Positions 17,631 through 26,813 of a stretch of 32,000 bases of DNA are shown here, piece after piece. Position 1 is the first letter of the stretch. The number at the start of each line of letters is the position of its first letter. The notes under the pieces are model-generated. The model was not told where the DNA came from. It saw nothing but the letters and a program-made list of their open reading frames with translations, and made no database searches. This DNA is from Pseudodesulfovibrio piezophilus C1TLV30 (GTDB taxonomy: Bacteria > Desulfobacterota > Desulfovibrionia > Desulfovibrionales > Desulfovibrionaceae). A program made the position numbers and the translations under genes. The stretch is from the NCBI RefSeq assembly GCF_000341895.1, contig NC_020409.1, forward strand, positions 390,001 to 422,000, in the 5' to 3' direction.

Positions 17631-17669
17631 AGAAAAGGACAATTCATTTATGATGAATTGTCCTTTTCT
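17631..17669 (-). terminator. Strong hairpin, probable cheZ terminator (about 100 nt after the cheZ stop)
   Basis: Perfect 17-bp stem AGAAAAGGACAATTCAT / ATGAATTGTCCTTTTCT with a 5-nt loop. A T-rich tract (CTTTTACATTT) follows only on the minus strand. Confidence 0.5.
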
Positions 17670-17767
17670 TCAGAAAAACAGACCTCTCTGGTTGAGAGAA
17701 AATGATGTGAAGATAAAGGGCTAAAGTATAGGAGGGCAAAGTGTATCAGTTCAAGTCCTTCTTGGCG

Positions 17768-18505
17768 TTAGTCCAGGCCGAGAGAAGCCAGAAGGTCATC
17801 TACATCATTTTGATTTGTGTCCGCAGTTGGGCCAGCCAATTTTGATGTTGCTTGTGTTTTGGCTTCTTCGGACATGGACTCAATATCTCGGGTAGGTTGT
17901 TCTGCACGCTGCTTGATCATTAATCCTGTTGAAAGCATAACCTCACGCACGATACTCTCAACTTGGCGTATTGAGTTAATGATGATCTTTATCCGTTGTC
18001 CTGTAAGGTCCTGAAAACTCATCGTCACCATGATTGTTGAAAGGTCGCTTCCTAGCGTATTGTTGATTTCCTTGAGTTTTTCCCTGTTCTCTTTGGTTAC
18101 GCCGCCGGATTCAAAACCCGTCACAATTTCAGCTACGATTCCCTGTAAATCTTGAAGATTTTCAACAATTTCAATAATGTCTACTGCTGCTTTTTCTGTG
18201 GTTTGAAGAACTGCATCAAGTTGATCCGAAGTTTCACTAAAAAGGTCTTCAGGATTTAAATCAGCTTCAATGCTTTTGATTTCTTTGCCTCCACGCGCAG
18301 CTTTAACTTCTTGATAAATTTGTTTGAGTCCAGTCTGAAGATCCTCATTGACTCTGCGATAGAATTCACCTTCAAGCAAAGATTGTGACAAATTTTCAGC
18401 AATTTCTTTTTCAACTGCTTTGGTGATGGAATCCTTGAGACTCGATCCCAGCTTAGCAGAGAGTTTCTCCATTATGTCTTTAACAATCTCTTCTTGCCCA
18501 ATCAT
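17768..18505 (-). CDS. cheZ: CheZ-family CheY-P phosphatase
   Basis: 245 aa. The catalytic motif is SFQDLTGQRIKII, where D166/Q170 correspond to E. coli D143/Q147 in FQDLTGQVIKR. The C-terminal CheY-binding peptide DVDDLLASLGLD compares with E. coli VDDLLDSLGF. Confidence 0.8.
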   Translation of the reverse strand: MIGQEEIVKDIMEKLSAKLGSSLKDSITKAVEKEIAENLSQSLLEGEFYRRVNEDLQTGLKQIYQEVKAARGGKEIKSIEADLNPEDLFSETSDQLDAVLQTTEKAAVDIIEIVENLQDLQGIVAEIVTGFESGGVTKENREKLKEINNTLGSDLSTIMVTMSFQDLTGQRIKIIINSIRQVESIVREVMLSTGLMIKQRAEQPTRDIESMSEEAKTQATSKLAGPTADTNQNDVDDLLASLGLD

Positions 18506-18523
18506 TTTTATGCTCCTGAAAAA

Positions 18524-19042
18524 CTACATTTTCGAATTTCTAATTTGTTCTCGTTGTTGTTGGAAAACAAATTGGACTATCGCTTCCATATCTGAGCCTC
18601 GTGTCTCCACAAACTCAAAACGGTAGAGCTTGGTATCATCTTCTATGCCTAGGATACGGCCTTTACTACTAACCATGCGCATAGGAATTTGACTGAGAAA
18701 AAGAACTATTTCCAGAGCATCTTCTGGATCAATTGTATCGATGGTTCTAAATTTTACTCCAGCGGCAGAAAGTTCTAAAATTTCGACTTCAAGTGGGAAG
18801 TCATTTTGAAGGGTATCAGAACTTAAAAGTCCAAGAATGCGGTCAAGCTTCTGGTCCATTTGAGCAAAAAAATGAGTCAGTTCTTCCGGTAGTTTGCTGT
18901 TACGAAAAACTTCATCGTAAGGTGACTCCTCACCAACTGCATCTCCCGTGAATTTTTGAGGAGAGGAAAGGTCTTGCATGACTCGTGCGTACCCTTTCAG
19001 TCTGACTGGAACACGTGAAAATGTTCTTTTCTCTTCACTCAT
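18524..19042 (-). CDS. PilZ-domain (c-di-GMP receptor-type) protein
   Basis: 172 aa. An N-terminal RTFSR (RxxxR) motif is followed by VPVR. The second motif is ELSAAG at residues 90-95, a (D/N)xSxxG variant with Glu in the first position. Confidence 0.65.
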   Translation of the reverse strand: MSEEKRTFSRVPVRLKGYARVMQDLSSPQKFTGDAVGEESPYDEVFRNSKLPEELTHFFAQMDQKLDRILGLLSSDTLQNDFPLEVEILELSAAGVKFRTIDTIDPEDALEIVLFLSQIPMRMVSSKGRILGIEDDTKLYRFEFVETRGSDMEAIVQFVFQQQREQIRNSKM

Positions 19043-19057
19043 AAGAGCCCCCGGAGC

Positions 19058-19495
19058 TTATTTGTTGTCATCCAGGTCGAGGGTCATTGCCTTTACCGGA
19101 CAGACACGAGTACACATTCCACAGGCAGAACATTTCTCAACATCAAATAGAATTGTTCTATCACTCGCCTCAAGGATGAGGGCATCTGTTGGGCACATCG
19201 CAGTGCAGATACCACAATGGATACATGACTCTTCATTGCGAAAGATTTTGTGAGCAACAGGGGTTATTCTGACCCCATTCTCTTTCAGATATCCAATACC
19301 TTTATGAAAATCTTCTTCCAGGCCAGTCAACTCCAGTGTCATAGTTCCTTCATGTCGAGGGCTGATATCTGCTTTCAGAAGGTTAAAACTAAGATCAAAG
19401 AGACGAGTCAGATTGCAAACAACAGGACGGCCAGAGACTTCTGGTGGAAATGAGAGATAAACTATTTTTCTAAAACCTTTGACAACTTCTTTCAT
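19058..19495 (-). CDS. NIL domain fused to a 2x[4Fe-4S] ferredoxin domain
   Basis: I chose the ATG at 19495 (MKEVVKG...), which has AAGGTG upstream; the ORF track extends to 19534. The N-terminal half is NIL-like (VYLSFPPEVSGRPVVCNLTRLFDLSFNLLKADI). The C-terminal half carries CIHCGICTAMCP and CSACGMCTRVCP. Confidence 0.75.
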   Translation of the reverse strand: MKEVVKGFRKIVYLSFPPEVSGRPVVCNLTRLFDLSFNLLKADISPRHEGTMTLELTGLEEDFHKGIGYLKENGVRITPVAHKIFRNEESCIHCGICTAMCPTDALILEASDRTILFDVEKCSACGMCTRVCPVKAMTLDLDDNK

Positions 19496-19554
19496 TGGAC
19501 ACCTTGATTGAATAAGTATTGCATAGCAGGGCAAAGCATCGCAAGCTCCACCGA

Positions 19555-20475
19555 TTATTTTGTTTTGTCTAAGAAGCGCTTGGCTTGGGTTGCTTCAACT
19601 GATTGAGGGAATTTATCGATTATTTCTTCCATACGCATTTTTGCCAATTCAGGTTTCCCTAAGTAGCTCCAGGAATAGCCTGCTTTGAGTAAAGCCGATT
19701 TGTATTTTGAACTTTTCTTGTGTTTTTCAATGACATCTTCAAAGAGGATCGCAGCCCGAGCATAATCCTTAAGTTTATAATAGCATTGTCCCTGCCAAAA
19801 AGTAGCACTGGCAGAAAATGCATGCCCTTGAAAAGTATCTGTGAATTCAGCCCAATATGAACGGGCTTTTTCAAAAAGTCCTTCTTTGTAGAGAGCATAA
19901 GCTTTATCATAAAGGGCTTTTGCCGGATCATTCTCTTCTTGTTCTTTTTGAACCGGTGGCTGTGATTCATGAATTGATTTTTGTGGCTGCATAGTCGCAT
20001 TGGAGCTTTGAGGTTCCGCCTCTGTAACATGAGGGGCTAATTTTGTGGAACGCTCTTCTCTGACTTTTGAAAGGTCAACTTGGAGTTGATTTTCAAGAAT
20101 AAACTCAATTTCATTCAGTTGTTTATTGAGAGAGGTAAGGCTGACTGATGAGTCTGAAGCTCCTATTTGGCGATCCATACGAATGTTGAGGGTATCAAGG
20201 TCACCTCTGATGCGGGCTATGTCGCTTCGAAGGGATTGCATTTCTGCCCACATATCTGCAGTTTTTTGCCTCACAGGTGTCTGTGATTTTTCAATATCTT
20301 CTTTGAGCAGTTGTTTTGATTCTTGGAGTTCGGCTTCAAGCTGTTTGATTCTGTTAAGATCCTGCCGTCGTTCGATTTGGAGTGTTTCAACATCTGTTTT
20401 TGAAACACACCCTGTGAATAGAACTAACAGGAAGATCGCTATAGCAACTGAAGAGTATTGATACGATTTGATCAT
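19555..20475 (-). CDS. YbgF/CpoB-like coiled-coil + TPR protein, predicted lipoprotein
   Basis: I chose the ATG at 20475, which has GGGGAG 8-13 nt upstream and overlaps the stop of the upstream small gene (ATGA). The lipobox is LVLFTGC. A long coiled-coil stretch (LEAELQESKQLLKEDIEK..., IARIRGDLDTLNIRMD) is followed by a C-terminal TPR block (YDKAYALYKEGLFEKA...FWQGQCYYKLKDYARA...LLKAGYSW) as in tol-pal YbgF. Confidence 0.65.
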   Translation of the reverse strand: MIKSYQYSSVAIAIFLLVLFTGCVSKTDVETLQIERRQDLNRIKQLEAELQESKQLLKEDIEKSQTPVRQKTADMWAEMQSLRSDIARIRGDLDTLNIRMDRQIGASDSSVSLTSLNKQLNEIEFILENQLQVDLSKVREERSTKLAPHVTEAEPQSSNATMQPQKSIHESQPPVQKEQEENDPAKALYDKAYALYKEGLFEKARSYWAEFTDTFQGHAFSASATFWQGQCYYKLKDYARAAILFEDVIEKHKKSSKYKSALLKAGYSWSYLGKPELAKMRMEEIIDKFPQSVEATQAKRFLDKTK

Positions 20476-20699
20476 GTTCTTTTTCTCCCCCTTTTTCTTC
20501 CAAGTGAAAGGTACGCCAGAGAACCAAGGATTGGAACAAAAATACAGATTTGAATCCAAAGAACTTTTTCATTCGTTGATTCAAAGTCTCGTTTCCATGC
20601 ATCAAGTATGGTCCATACTGTAAAAGAAAAACAGAGAAGGACTGCTGTAGCTATGGAGATCAATTGGTTTGAAGTCAAAGCTGAGTAGTCTGGGAACAT
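20472..20699 (-). CDS. Small membrane protein with PLD-nuclease N-terminal (PLDc_N) domain
   Basis: 75 aa from the ATG at 20699 (AGGAG upstream). It has two hydrophobic helices. WTILDAW...VLWIQICIFVPILGSLAYLSLGRKRG matches the PLDc_N small-protein pattern. Confidence 0.55.
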   Translation of the reverse strand: MFPDYSALTSNQLISIATAVLLCFSFTVWTILDAWKRDFESTNEKVLWIQICIFVPILGSLAYLSLGRKRGRKRT

Positions 20700-20727
20700 C
20701 GGAAAACTCCTACGCACAAAAGGGGAT

Positions 20728-21216
20728 CTACTGCGATGTCCCTTTGCGTTTGTTGTAAAACATTGAGAGAAGTATGCAACCTGCACCGAGAGTCAGTGCG
20801 CAATCTGCAATATTAAAAGCGGGCCAATGATGAGTGCCCAAATAGAAATCCAGAAAATCGACAACGACTCCGAGATGAATCCTGTCAATCAGATTCCCCA
20901 CAGCTCCTCCAGTAATAAGCCCAAGACCGCTGACCATCCATTTATCAGATGGTTCAGTAGTCTTGAGCATAAATCCGATGAAGCCAAGGGCAATAAAAGT
21001 AACAACAATAAACAAAGGGCGTTGCCAACTGATCGTGTCACTATCAAGGAATCCCCAAGCGGCCCCTCTATTGAGGACATGAACCAAATTGAAGAATTCC
21101 GGTATAATGGTTTTTCCAGTCCATACTTCCATGGCAGAGGAAATCCATAATTTGGTTGCTTGATCAAGTATGATCACAGCTATGGCCCAAAAGGAAGCAA
21201 GCTTGTAGCGGTGCAT
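20728..21216 (-). CDS. lspA: Lipoprotein signal peptidase (signal peptidase II)
   Basis: 162 aa. DQATK, NRGAAWG, GGAVGNLIDR and FNIADCA are conserved LspA blocks. It sits immediately downstream of ileS, the classical ileS-lspA arrangement. Confidence 0.9.
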   Translation of the reverse strand: MHRYKLASFWAIAVIILDQATKLWISSAMEVWTGKTIIPEFFNLVHVLNRGAAWGFLDSDTISWQRPLFIVVTFIALGFIGFMLKTTEPSDKWMVSGLGLITGGAVGNLIDRIHLGVVVDFLDFYLGTHHWPAFNIADCALTLGAGCILLSMFYNKRKGTSQ

Positions 21217-21224
21217 GAAAAACC

Positions 21225-24041
21225 TTAGGCGACTGTTTTAAGAACCTGAGAACAGCGTGGACATGCGTCCGGAAAGCTGGGATCTGTGCCCAACTCTTCT
21301 GTTATGCGCCAGCAGCGTTCGCATTTGCCTCCAGGTGCGGCTTCAACGGAAACTTTCAGTTCTGGCACCTCTTCATCTTCGTACGCATCGGTTGGGGCAT
21401 CCTCAAGATGTGCCATTATTACTTTTGAGACAATGAAGAATTCTTGTTCATCCAGAGTTTCTGAATAAATAAGTCTATGGATATCTTCAGATGCGTAAAG
21501 AGTAACCTGAGCATCAAGAGATTTACCAACAACGCCGTTTTTGCGATTAGGTTCGATTGCCTTGTTTACCACGCTACGGATCATTGTCAGCTTTTCCCAG
21601 TCTGCAAGCTCCGACTCTTTGAGATCGACAGAGTCGGGGGAATATCTGAGAGCGAAGACTGTTTTTGTCTGGTCAAGAGCTCCTTTAATGGCATCTGACA
21701 TACTCTGGAAAGCTTCTTCGGCCGTAAAGGAGAGAATAGGGGCCATGTCTTGCAGGAGCATGAGCAAAATCTGCCAAAGTACAGTCTGCGCAGAGCGACG
21801 TTTGAGGCCACTTTCTTCCTCCACATAGAGCCGGTCTTTGATGATATCGAGATAAAAGGCAGAAAGATCTACAACACAAAGGTTGTGAAGCGTGTGGTAA
21901 ACTTTGTGGAATTCAAAACTCTTGTACGCATTTTGTATTTCAGCGTGATGTCTGGACACCATATCAAGAGCATATTTATCAAGTGGCAGCAGATCGTTGG
22001 CCGCAACTTTCTTTTGAGGGTCAAAATCATTCAGGTTTGACAACAAGTATCTACAGGTATTTCGGATACGCCGGTAAGCGTCTACAAGTCTGTTCAGGGT
22101 TTCATCGGATATACGAATATCTTCTTGATAATTGGAAGCAGAGACCCACATACGCAGAATTTCAGCACCATATTTATCTATGATTTCTTGGGGTGCAATG
22201 ACATTGCCAATCGATTTTGACATCTTGCGTCCTTCGGAATCGACAACATACCCATGGGTGAGTACTGTCTTGTAAGGTGGAACATCACGTGTTCCCATGG
22301 ATGCAAGAAGCGAGCTGTGGAACCAGCCTCGATGTTGATCTGAACCCTCAAGATATAAATCTGCGGGGAAACGAGTTTCGGGGCGTTGTTCGACAACTGC
22401 GGCGTAGCTGGTTCCAGAGTCGAACCAGACATCCAGTATATCTGTCTCCCGCTTCCAGTGAGTGCCGCCGCACTTGGAGCATGTCAATCCTTCTGGAACT
22501 ATCTCCTCGATTGGCGCTTCAAACCAGTAGTCACATCCTGTTTCGTGCGACGCATACTTATCGCATATATCATAGACCCATTGCGCATCGAACCATGTCT
22601 CATCGCAATCTTCACAAATCAGGGCGGAAATGGGAACACCCCAATTCCGTTGACGAGAAATGCACCAATCCGGGCGATTCTTTACCATGTTGTAAATGCG
22701 TTCTTCACCCCAGCCAGGGATCCAATCAACCTTATTCCGTATGGCATCCAATGAGCGGTCGCGGAGACTATTTTCATCCATGCCGACAAACCACTGTGTC
22801 GTCGCACGAAAGATGACCGGTTTTTTACATCTCCAGCAGTGAGGGTAGGAGTGAGAGATGTCTTCGGAAGCGAGCAGGTTACCAATGTCAGTCAGTTTTT
22901 TGATAACAGCAGGGTTTGCTTCCCATACGTTCAATCCTGAGAAAAATTCTACTTCGGGCAGAAATTCTCCACGATCATTCATGGGAGAGTACACTTCCAA
23001 TCTATATTTGAGTCCTGTCTCAAAATCCTCTCGTCCATGTCCTGGAGCGGTATGAACGCAGCCCGTACCGGTTTCAAGTGTGACATAGTCGGCCAAAACA
23101 ATAGGAGAAGGGCGGTTGTATATTGGATGTTTGGCTTGAAGCCCTTCAAGTTCGGCACCGCGAATTGTTTTGATGATTTCAGGGGATTCCCAGCCGAATT
23201 TGGCCGAACATTCTTCGAGTAGGCCCTCAGCGAGAATATAAAAATCATTATTTGACTTTACAATGGCGTAGTCAAAATCAGGATGTACAGCCACTCCCAT
23301 ATTATCTGGGATTGTCCATGGTGTGGTTGTCCAGATGGCAATATACAGTCTGGAAATATCAATATTACCTAATTTCTGAGCGTTTTCATCCGCCAATGGA
23401 AAACGAACATAGATGGATGGAGAGGTGTGGTCTTCATACTCAACTTCCGCCTCGGCTAAAGCTGTACGGCAATCACAACACCAATAAATAGGCTTCTTTC
23501 CCCTGACAACACCATCGCGTTCCATGAATTTCCCGAGTTCACGAGCTGTCGCTGCTTCGTATTCCGGATTCATGGTCATGTACGGTGTTTCCCACACACC
23601 TAAGACCCCAAGGCGTTTAAACTCTTTTCGTTGCGTATCAAGCCATTTTGCAGCGTAGGATCGACAGATTTTACGAATAGTCAGTGTGTCGAGTTCTTTA
23701 TTCTTTTTTTTAAGTTCCTGTTCGACCTTATGTTCAATAGGAAGTCCATGGCAGTCCCAGCCCGGTACATATTGAGCTTGTTGCCCTTGTATATTGCGAG
23801 ATTTGATAACGATATCCTTGAGCACTTTGTTGAGCGCTGTGCCCATGTGAATATGGCCATTTGCATATGGAGGACCATCATGAAGGACGTATTCTTTTTT
23901 TGAATCGCTTGCCGCAACCATTTTTTCATATGCTTCTGTGTCCTCCCAAAATTTCAACATCTCAGGCTCCCGTTGCTTGAGATTGGCTTTCATTGGGAAT
24001 TGGGTTTTAGGCAGAAGCAGGGTTTTCTTATAGTCACTCAT
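21225..24041 (-). CDS. ileS: Isoleucine--tRNA ligase (type 1, with C-terminal Zn-binding Cys cluster)
   Basis: 938 aa. The HIGH motif is [11 protein letters not shown] and the KMSKS motif is present. The C-terminal region reads CERCW...CPRC. Confidence 0.95.
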   Translation of the reverse strand: MSDYKKTLLLPKTQFPMKANLKQREPEMLKFWEDTEAYEKMVAASDSKKEYVLHDGPPYANGHIHMGTALNKVLKDIVIKSRNIQGQQAQYVPGWDCHGLPIEHKVEQELKKKNKELDTLTIRKICRSYAAKWLDTQRKEFKRLGVLGVWETPYMTMNPEYEAATARELGKFMERDGVVRGKKPIYWCCDCRTALAEAEVEYEDHTSPSIYVRFPLADENAQKLGNIDISRLYIAIWTTTPWTIPDNMGVAVHPDFDYAIVKSNNDFYILAEGLLEECSAKFGWESPEIIKTIRGAELEGLQAKHPIYNRPSPIVLADYVTLETGTGCVHTAPGHGREDFETGLKYRLEVYSPMNDRGEFLPEVEFFSGLNVWEANPAVIKKLTDIGNLLASEDISHSYPHCWRCKKPVIFRATTQWFVGMDENSLRDRSLDAIRNKVDWIPGWGEERIYNMVKNRPDWCISRQRNWGVPISALICEDCDETWFDAQWVYDICDKYASHETGCDYWFEAPIEEIVPEGLTCSKCGGTHWKRETDILDVWFDSGTSYAAVVEQRPETRFPADLYLEGSDQHRGWFHSSLLASMGTRDVPPYKTVLTHGYVVDSEGRKMSKSIGNVIAPQEIIDKYGAEILRMWVSASNYQEDIRISDETLNRLVDAYRRIRNTCRYLLSNLNDFDPQKKVAANDLLPLDKYALDMVSRHHAEIQNAYKSFEFHKVYHTLHNLCVVDLSAFYLDIIKDRLYVEEESGLKRRSAQTVLWQILLMLLQDMAPILSFTAEEAFQSMSDAIKGALDQTKTVFALRYSPDSVDLKESELADWEKLTMIRSVVNKAIEPNRKNGVVGKSLDAQVTLYASEDIHRLIYSETLDEQEFFIVSKVIMAHLEDAPTDAYEDEEVPELKVSVEAAPGGKCERCWRITEELGTDPSFPDACPRCSQVLKTVA

Positions 24042-24251
24042 GGGGGGCTAGTCCTCCGGAAAAATATATTTCTATGAATAATTGTATCAGCTCAAATGAA
24101 TCGCAGTAGATTGTTATAACCCGCACAGGAAGTCAAGGGTTACGCCATTTTTACACGAATTTGGAGCTGGTTCAGACTAGTCTAGTTTCAGAGTATTTGT
24201 TATGAATCAGACTGAGCCGCACAACAGAAAAAATGAATAAAAGGAATCAAA

Positions 24252-24878
24252 ATGGGTGTTCATAAAAAACAACGGGAAATGGAAGAAGTCAAAAAGAGTT
24301 ATATCAAAAGGTCCTCATGCTCTCTTTTTGTTGTATTGGCACTCTTCGCTGGCATTTTTATAGGTAATACAGCAACTATGCTCTATCTCGGTCAGGGGAA
24401 AGCACTGCCTTCGACTGGTGCTCCAGTTGCTTCTACTCAGCAAGCGAAGCCACATACAGCGGATCCCCAAGCATTGGCGAAACTTGAAGGGCAAGCCAAT
24501 GCAAATCCGACGAATGCGGAAGCTTGGATCAAGCTTGGTAATTTTTGCTTTGATCATGACCTCCCTCAACAGGCTGTCTCTGCTTATGAAAAAGCCCTTG
24601 AGTTGAAACCTATGAATATTGGGGTATGGTCTGACCTTGGCGTTATGTACCGACGTACAAAGCAATTTGAGAAGGCAGTCAATGCGTTTAGTCAAGCTGT
24701 CGCTTTAGATCCTACCCATGTCGTTTCCCGATTCAATATGGGAATAGTCTATCTCCATGATTTGAATGATAAGTCAAATGCCCTCAAAGCATGGAAAAAG
24801 GTTCTGGAAATAGATAAATTCGCCAAGACACCTAATGGCAAACCTATCGCTGATCTTGTTGCTGAATTAGAAAGATAA
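24252..24878 (+). CDS. Membrane-anchored TPR-repeat protein
   Basis: 208 aa. One N-terminal hydrophobic helix (CSLFVVLALFAGIFIGNTATMLYL) is followed by about 3 TPR units (AEAWIKLGNFCFDHDLPQQAVSAYEKALELKP; VWSDLGVMYRRTKQFEKAVNAFSQAVALDP; ...). The start could instead be the internal Met at codon 9. Confidence 0.6.
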   Translation: MGVHKKQREMEEVKKSYIKRSSCSLFVVLALFAGIFIGNTATMLYLGQGKALPSTGAPVASTQQAKPHTADPQALAKLEGQANANPTNAEAWIKLGNFCFDHDLPQQAVSAYEKALELKPMNIGVWSDLGVMYRRTKQFEKAVNAFSQAVALDPTHVVSRFNMGIVYLHDLNDKSNALKAWKKVLEIDKFAKTPNGKPIADLVAELER

Positions 24879-24890
24879 TAATCTTAATGC

Positions 24891-24945
24891 CCAGACAGAA
24901 AAAAGGGAAGAGAGCACAAAACTCTCTTCCCTTTTTTCTGTCTGG
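24891..24945. terminator. Bidirectional terminator between convergent TPR gene and cysE
   Basis: Perfect 24-bp stem CCAGACAGAAAAAAGGGAAGAGAG / CTCTCTTCCCTTTTTTCTGTCTGG with a 7-nt loop. The A/T tracts sit inside the stem arms, so both strands present a stem ending in a U-rich run. Confidence 0.7.
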
Positions 24946-24957
24946 ATAGCAGGGGTG

Positions 24958-25878
24958 TTATATACCGCCTCCATCAACAAAGGATTGCTCCATTGCTCTG
25001 GACTGAATCACTTGTGCTCCCACTGGGACATCTCGAGTAATCCATACGTTGCCGCCGATTACAGCGCCTTTCCCAATAGTTATTCTACCCAAGATAGTTG
25101 CACCTGCGTAGATGATAACATCGTCTTCTACCAAAGGGTGCCGTGGTAAGCCTTTTATAAGTCTCTCATCTTCGCCTTTGGGAAAACTCTTGGCTCCTAA
25201 GGTGACACCTTGGTAAACACGGACATTGTCGCCGATAATGCACGTCTCACCTATGACTGTTCCGGTGCCGTGGTCCATAAAGAAGCTTTTGCCAATAGTT
25301 GCACCAGGGTGAATGTCAATTCCAGTGTCGGAATGAGCCATTTCTCCTATGATCCTCGGGATGATATCTACCCCAAGCTTATAGAGCTCATGAGCAATTC
25401 GGTGGTTGGTCATCGCCCTAATAGAGGGGTAGCAGAATATGGTCTCTCCATGGGTCTTGGCAGCAGGGTCTCCGTCATATGCTGCTTCGACATCTGTGAG
25501 AAGAAGTGCCCTTATAGAAGGGAGACTTCTAACAAAGGCTCTTGCCATTGCACGTGAACGAGTTTCACAATCGTGGCAGCGGTCAATTTGATTTTTGTCA
25601 CAAACAAAACAATAACCACGGTTAATTTGGTCTGTGAGTTGGCGTTCAACTCGATCAAGCGTGGCTCCGATATAATAGGGCATGGTATCTGGAGTAATCT
25701 CAGACGGTCCATAATATCCGGGGAAGAGAACACAGCGAAGATCTTCCACAATAGAAGAAAGCATCTCGACTGATGGCATAGGAACATCTTCGGAATATCT
25801 ATGTGATATCGGACCACTGTCGCCCGATTCAACGAGCAGGGCAACCACATCGGCTAGGGTGTAATCATCTTCTGTCAT
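24958..25878 (-). CDS. cysE: Serine O-acetyltransferase (long EpsC-type form)
   Basis: I chose the ATG at 25878 (MTEDDY...), which removes the 44-nt overlap with cysK that the ORF-track start would give. Left-handed hexapeptide repeats are present: DIHPGATIGKSFFMDHGTGTVIGETCIIGDNVRVYQGVTLG. Confidence 0.85.
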   Translation of the reverse strand: MTEDDYTLADVVALLVESGDSGPISHRYSEDVPMPSVEMLSSIVEDLRCVLFPGYYGPSEITPDTMPYYIGATLDRVERQLTDQINRGYCFVCDKNQIDRCHDCETRSRAMARAFVRSLPSIRALLLTDVEAAYDGDPAAKTHGETIFCYPSIRAMTNHRIAHELYKLGVDIIPRIIGEMAHSDTGIDIHPGATIGKSFFMDHGTGTVIGETCIIGDNVRVYQGVTLGAKSFPKGEDERLIKGLPRHPLVEDDVIIYAGATILGRITIGKGAVIGGNVWITRDVPVGAQVIQSRAMEQSFVDGGGI

Positions 25879-25888
25879 TGTTGCCTCA

Positions 25889-26809
25889 TTAATCGAACAG
25901 TGGGGTGCTAAGATATCTTTCCCCTGTGTCACAGGCTATAAAAACGATCATTTTTCCTGCGTTCTCTTCACGTTTTGCCAATTCAATGGCGGCAGCGCAA
26001 TTTGCTCCTGAGGAAATGCCACAAAGGATACCTTCTTGGCTGATCAATTGTTTTGCCATTTCAAAAGCTGTTTCATTATCTATTGTGATGACTTCATCAA
26101 CGATTTTTGTGTCCATTGTTTCTGGAATAAAACCGGCACCTATTCCTTGAATCATGTGGGGGCCGGGAGTTCCTCCCGAAAGTACCGGGGACGCTGTCGG
26201 TTCGACAGCAACGGCCATAAGTCCTGGTTTCTTTTCTTTTAAAATCTCTGCCACTCCGGTAATCGTTCCACCGGTTCCGACACCTGCAACGAAGATGTCA
26301 ACCTGTCCATCTGTGTCGTCCCAAATTTCCACTCCTGTAGTTATGCGGTGCATTTCAGGATTGGCCGGGTTTTTGAACTGCATGGGCATGAACGCATTTG
26401 TGTGTTCAGCAACCAGTGTTTCAGCTTTGGCTATGGCACCTGTCATACCGGTTTGTGCGGGGGTCAAGACGAGTTCTGCACCGAATCCTTTGAGGAGTTT
26501 ACGGCGTTCAATACTCATGGATTCAGGCATCGTCAGTATAAGGCGAAGTCCCTTTACTGCGCAGATGAAGGCAAGCCCTATTCCGGTATTGCCGCTTGTC
26601 GGCTCAATGAGGACGGTTTCTTCATCGATAAGTCCTTCTTTGATAGCGTGTTCAATCATACTGAGAGCTATTCTGTCTTTGACCGAACCACATGGATTAT
26701 TGAATTCGAGTTTGGCTACTAAGGTCGCGTCGAGTCCGTTGGAAAGCTTGTTGAGTTGAACTAAAGGGGTTCTCCCTATCAATTCAGTCATATCTTTTGC
26801 TATCTTCAT
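25889..26809 (-). CDS. cysK: Cysteine synthase A (O-acetylserine sulfhydrylase)
   Basis: I chose the ATG at 26809 ([17 protein letters not shown]...), which has GGAG upstream. The PLP-Lys region is [19 protein letters not shown] and [10 protein letters not shown] are also present. Confidence 0.9.
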   Translation of the reverse strand: MKIAKDMTELIGRTPLVQLNKLSNGLDATLVAKLEFNNPCGSVKDRIALSMIEHAIKEGLIDEETVLIEPTSGNTGIGLAFICAVKGLRLILTMPESMSIERRKLLKGFGAELVLTPAQTGMTGAIAKAETLVAEHTNAFMPMQFKNPANPEMHRITTGVEIWDDTDGQVDIFVAGVGTGGTITGVAEILKEKKPGLMAVAVEPTASPVLSGGTPGPHMIQGIGAGFIPETMDTKIVDEVITIDNETAFEMAKQLISQEGILCGISSGANCAAAIELAKREENAGKMIVFIACDTGERYLSTPLFD

Positions 26810-26813
26810 AATA

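Noticed and set aside
24042-24251. Possible T-box or attenuator leader upstream of ileS
   Set aside because: I could find no specifier-loop or T-box conserved sequence and no terminator/antiterminator alternative. T-box control is not expected in this lineage. The region is more simply a divergent promoter region shared with the TPR gene.
26154-26759. 201-aa plus-strand ORF inside cysK, with similar antisense ORFs at 27213-27770 (nifS), 28228-28665 (nifU), 22277-22816 (ileS), 10940-11425 (oppD-like) and 5378-5758 / 5568-5972 (MATE)
   Set aside because: All are antisense or alternate frames of confidently identified genes. Their low-complexity Pro/Ser/Ala/Val-rich translations are typical of shadow ORFs.
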